Shown one piece after another: positions 60,402-64,000 of a stretch of 64,000 nucleotides of DNA. Each line of letters begins with the position of its first letter. Position 1 is the stretch's first letter. The translations under genes and the position numbers were made by a program. The notes beneath the pieces were generated by a model, which was given only the letters and a program-made list of their open reading frames with translations, was not told where the DNA came from and did no database searches. Source of the stretch: an uncultured Spirochaetota bacterium (GTDB taxonomy: Bacteria > Spirochaetota > Spirochaetia > SZUA-6 > CAVTHK01); contig CAVTHK010000009.1 of assembly GCA_963734495.1 (NCBI GenBank), forward strand, positions 64,001 to 128,000, written 5' to 3'.

Positions 60402-61426
60402 ATGCAGGACCGCATCGAGCGAAAGCGCCTCGCCATCCTCAAGCTCCTCGCCGACGGCAACGAAGCCGCGCGGCAGCTCCGCCATCACGGAGCAGCTCGA
60501 GGGCCAGGGCTACGACATCAGCGAGCGGACGGTGCGCTTCCACCTGCTCGCCCTCGACCGCGACGGCTTTACCGAGTACGTCGGGCAAGAAGGGGAGGCG
60601 GATCACCGAGAGGGGCCGTCTCGAGCTCTCCAAGGCGAGGGTCTACGAGAAGGTCGGCTTTCTCACCGCCAAGATCGACCAGCTCACCTACCAGATGAAG
60701 TTCGACCGCACCCGCCGCGAAGGCACCGTGATCGTGAACGTGAGCCTGCTCGAGAGCCGCTTCCTCGCGCGCGCCTGCCCCCTGATGAAGCGGGTGTTCG
60801 AGTCGGGCTACTCGATGGGCACTCTGATGACCTTCTTCGCGCCGGGGGAGAAGGCCGGCGAGCTGTGCGATGCCCGGAGGGATACGTCGGGATCGGGACG
60901 GTCTGCTCCGTGACGCTCAACGGGATCCTCCTCGCCGAAGGCATTCCGACCACGTCGCGCTTCGGCGGCCTGCTCGAGCTGCACCGCGGCAAGCCGGTCC
61001 GCTTCGTCGCGATCATCAACTACGACGGCACGAGCCTCGATCCGCTGGAGATCTTTATCAAGAGCGGGATGACCGACTACACGGGCGCGACCGAGAACGG
61101 CGACGGCCTCATCGGGGCCGGGTTCCGCGAGATGCCGGCCGCGAGCCGCGACCGGCTCCTCGAGCTCGCCGAGGAGCTCAAGCAGGTCGGCCTCGGCGGG
61201 TTCATGAACATAGGGTGGCCGGGCCAGCCCCTGGTCGGCATCCCGGTCAACGAAGGGATCGTCGGCGCGGTCGTCATCGGCGGCCTGAACCCCGTCGCGA
61301 TCCTCGAGGAGCACGGCATCCGGGTCCATTCGCGCGCCCTCTCGGGCTTCGTGGACTACCGGCCGCCTCTTCGACTACCGGGAAATGGAGAAGCACGTCG
61401 GGCCGCGGCGTCGCGCCTCGGCCTGA
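60402..61426 (+). CDS. nrpR: NrpR-type nitrogen regulator (wHTH + DUF128 domains; frameshifted)
   Basis: ILKLL..., ISERTVRFHL..LD..G.T, GR.IT..G..EL, VGFL..KID, IGTVCSVTLNG, FGGLLE, Y.GTSLDPLEIFI, GGLNPVA. Confidence 0.82.
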
Positions 61427-63058
<1,632 letters not shown>

Positions 63059-63124
63059 TCGACAGCCGGCGCGGCTGCGCGCCCGGGTCGGGCTCGCCCG
63101 CCCGGACGCGGCTGCGGTCGCGCG

Positions 63125-63167
63125 GAAGGCCGGCATGCCTCGCGGCGTGCCGGCCTTCTTCATTTTT
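63125..63167 (+). terminator. Intrinsic terminator between convergent genes
   Basis: GAAGGCCGGCATGCC-TCGC-GGCGTGCCGGCCTTC followed by TTCATTTTT. Confidence 0.8.
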
Positions 63168-64000
63168 GCCCCTCCGGTCCTTTCGCTCCTCCGCTCGCGA
63201 AGTAGCAGAGCGCCCGCTGGTCGACCGCGTCGGCGGTCAGCAGAATGCGCCGCGCGCCGGGCGCCGCATCCGCGCGCTCGATCACGCGCACGGTCCCGGT
63301 CCACTTTGCCGCGTCCGGCACGAGCGCGAGCAGGCTGTTCGCGCGGGACTCCAGGAAGCGCGTGTCCAGGTAGCTCTCTCCCTGACCGGGAAGCAGGGCG
63401 AGGTAGAGCATGTCCATCTCCACCAGGTCGTTGAGGAAGTGCGTGCCGAGCGAGACGTCCGGCACGAGGTGCTCCCTCATGGCGACGATCTCGACGAGCA
63501 CCGAGACCCGGTTGATGTCGGCGAAGCTCACCGGGACCCCGAGGGCGGGCATCGTCGTTCCCCACCGCCCGGGCCCGAGCAGCACCGTGATCTCCTCCCC
63601 GCCCCTCGGCAGGGCGCGGTTGATCTCGCCCAGCAGCCGCGCGACCTCGTAGCGCGCCTGCTCCGGCAGAGCGCCATAGGCGGCGGGGACGACGTACACG
63701 AAGCGCGCGACGTCCACGTGGCGGCTGTGCCCGATGACGGCGCCCGTCGCCTCCATGATCCGGTCCGCGGGGTCCACTTCGACGCGGGGCACGTCGATCC
63801 GCTCGGTGCCCTGCACCTGCAGCGGGCGGCACTGCACCAGGTTGATCCGGTGCTGCCGGCCTTCGGGAAAGCTCGCCGTGAACTCCACGTCGACCGGGAG
63901 CGCGTAGGCCTCCTGGAGCACGCGCAGCATCTCGCGCATCTCCTCGACGAACGAGGTGCCGGTGAGCAGCTCCGCGAATGTGAGCATCGGGACCTCGACG
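63160..64000 (-). CDS. PEP/pyruvate-binding domain (PPDK_N-like) protein, C-terminal part
   Basis: PVDVEFT, INLVQCRPLQ, LLGPGRWGT..LGVPV.FADI, SLGTHFLNDLVE. Runs off the window end. Confidence 0.8.
   Translation of the reverse strand, partial: VEVPMLTFAELLTGTSFVEEMREMLRVLQEAYALPVDVEFTASFPEGRQHRINLVQCRPLQVQGTERIDVPRVEVDPADRIMEATGAVIGHSRHVDVARFVYVVPAAYGALPEQARYEVARLLGEINRALPRGGEEITVLLGPGRWGTTMPALGVPVSFADINRVSVLVEIVAMREHLVPDVSLGTHFLNDLVEMDMLYLALLPGQGESYLDTRFLESRANSLLALVPDAAKWTGTVRVIERADAAPGARRILLTADAVDQRALCYFASGGAKGPEGQK

Noticed and set aside
6683-61426. Numerous frameshifts as programmed recoding or mass pseudogenisation
   Set aside because: They hit unrelated genes (cadA, nrpR, M48 peptidase, ABC subunits) with no shared slippery motif, while both halves keep intact motifs. 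Long-read indel error is the simpler explanation.

Overview
GC-rich bacterial chromosomal segment, probably from an uncultured Spirochaetota genome (inferred from metG-femAB and hflK-hflC synteny, PEGA/FecR exported proteins and a 'FAAGG' style solute-binding-protein leader). About a third of the genes carry apparent single-base frameshifts, which most likely are long-read assembly errors. Housekeeping and metabolic genes include a GH127 hydrolase, two aldo/keto reductases, an Ldh_2 dehydrogenase, hflKC, galK, metG, femAB, an archaeal-type thymidylate synthase, cadC-cadA, nrpR-gdhA and a PEP/pyruvate-binding protein. Three accessory systems stand out. (1) A ~13 kb catabolic island (31.2-44.5 kb) starts inside a truncated vapC and carries four FAD-dependent oxidoreductase paralogs, a LarA-like protein, a sugar ABC transporter and two inverted copies of an uncharacterised two-gene module. 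(2) An operon of KamA, two Ddl-like ATP-grasp ligases (one fused to GNAT) and an unannotated 58-aa ORF sits behind a structured 5' leader. (3) A six-gene envelope operon ends in two paralogous proteins that appear to join an RRE/PqqD-like winged helix to a GT-A-like domain. Regulatory patterns seen by eye include many leaderless promoters, an HcpR/Fnr-type box, a CadC operator, a candidate NrpR operator, a shared terminator tail and small dispersed palindromes. I found no rRNA, tRNA, CRISPR array or transposase. All family assignments come from motif recognition, not database searches.
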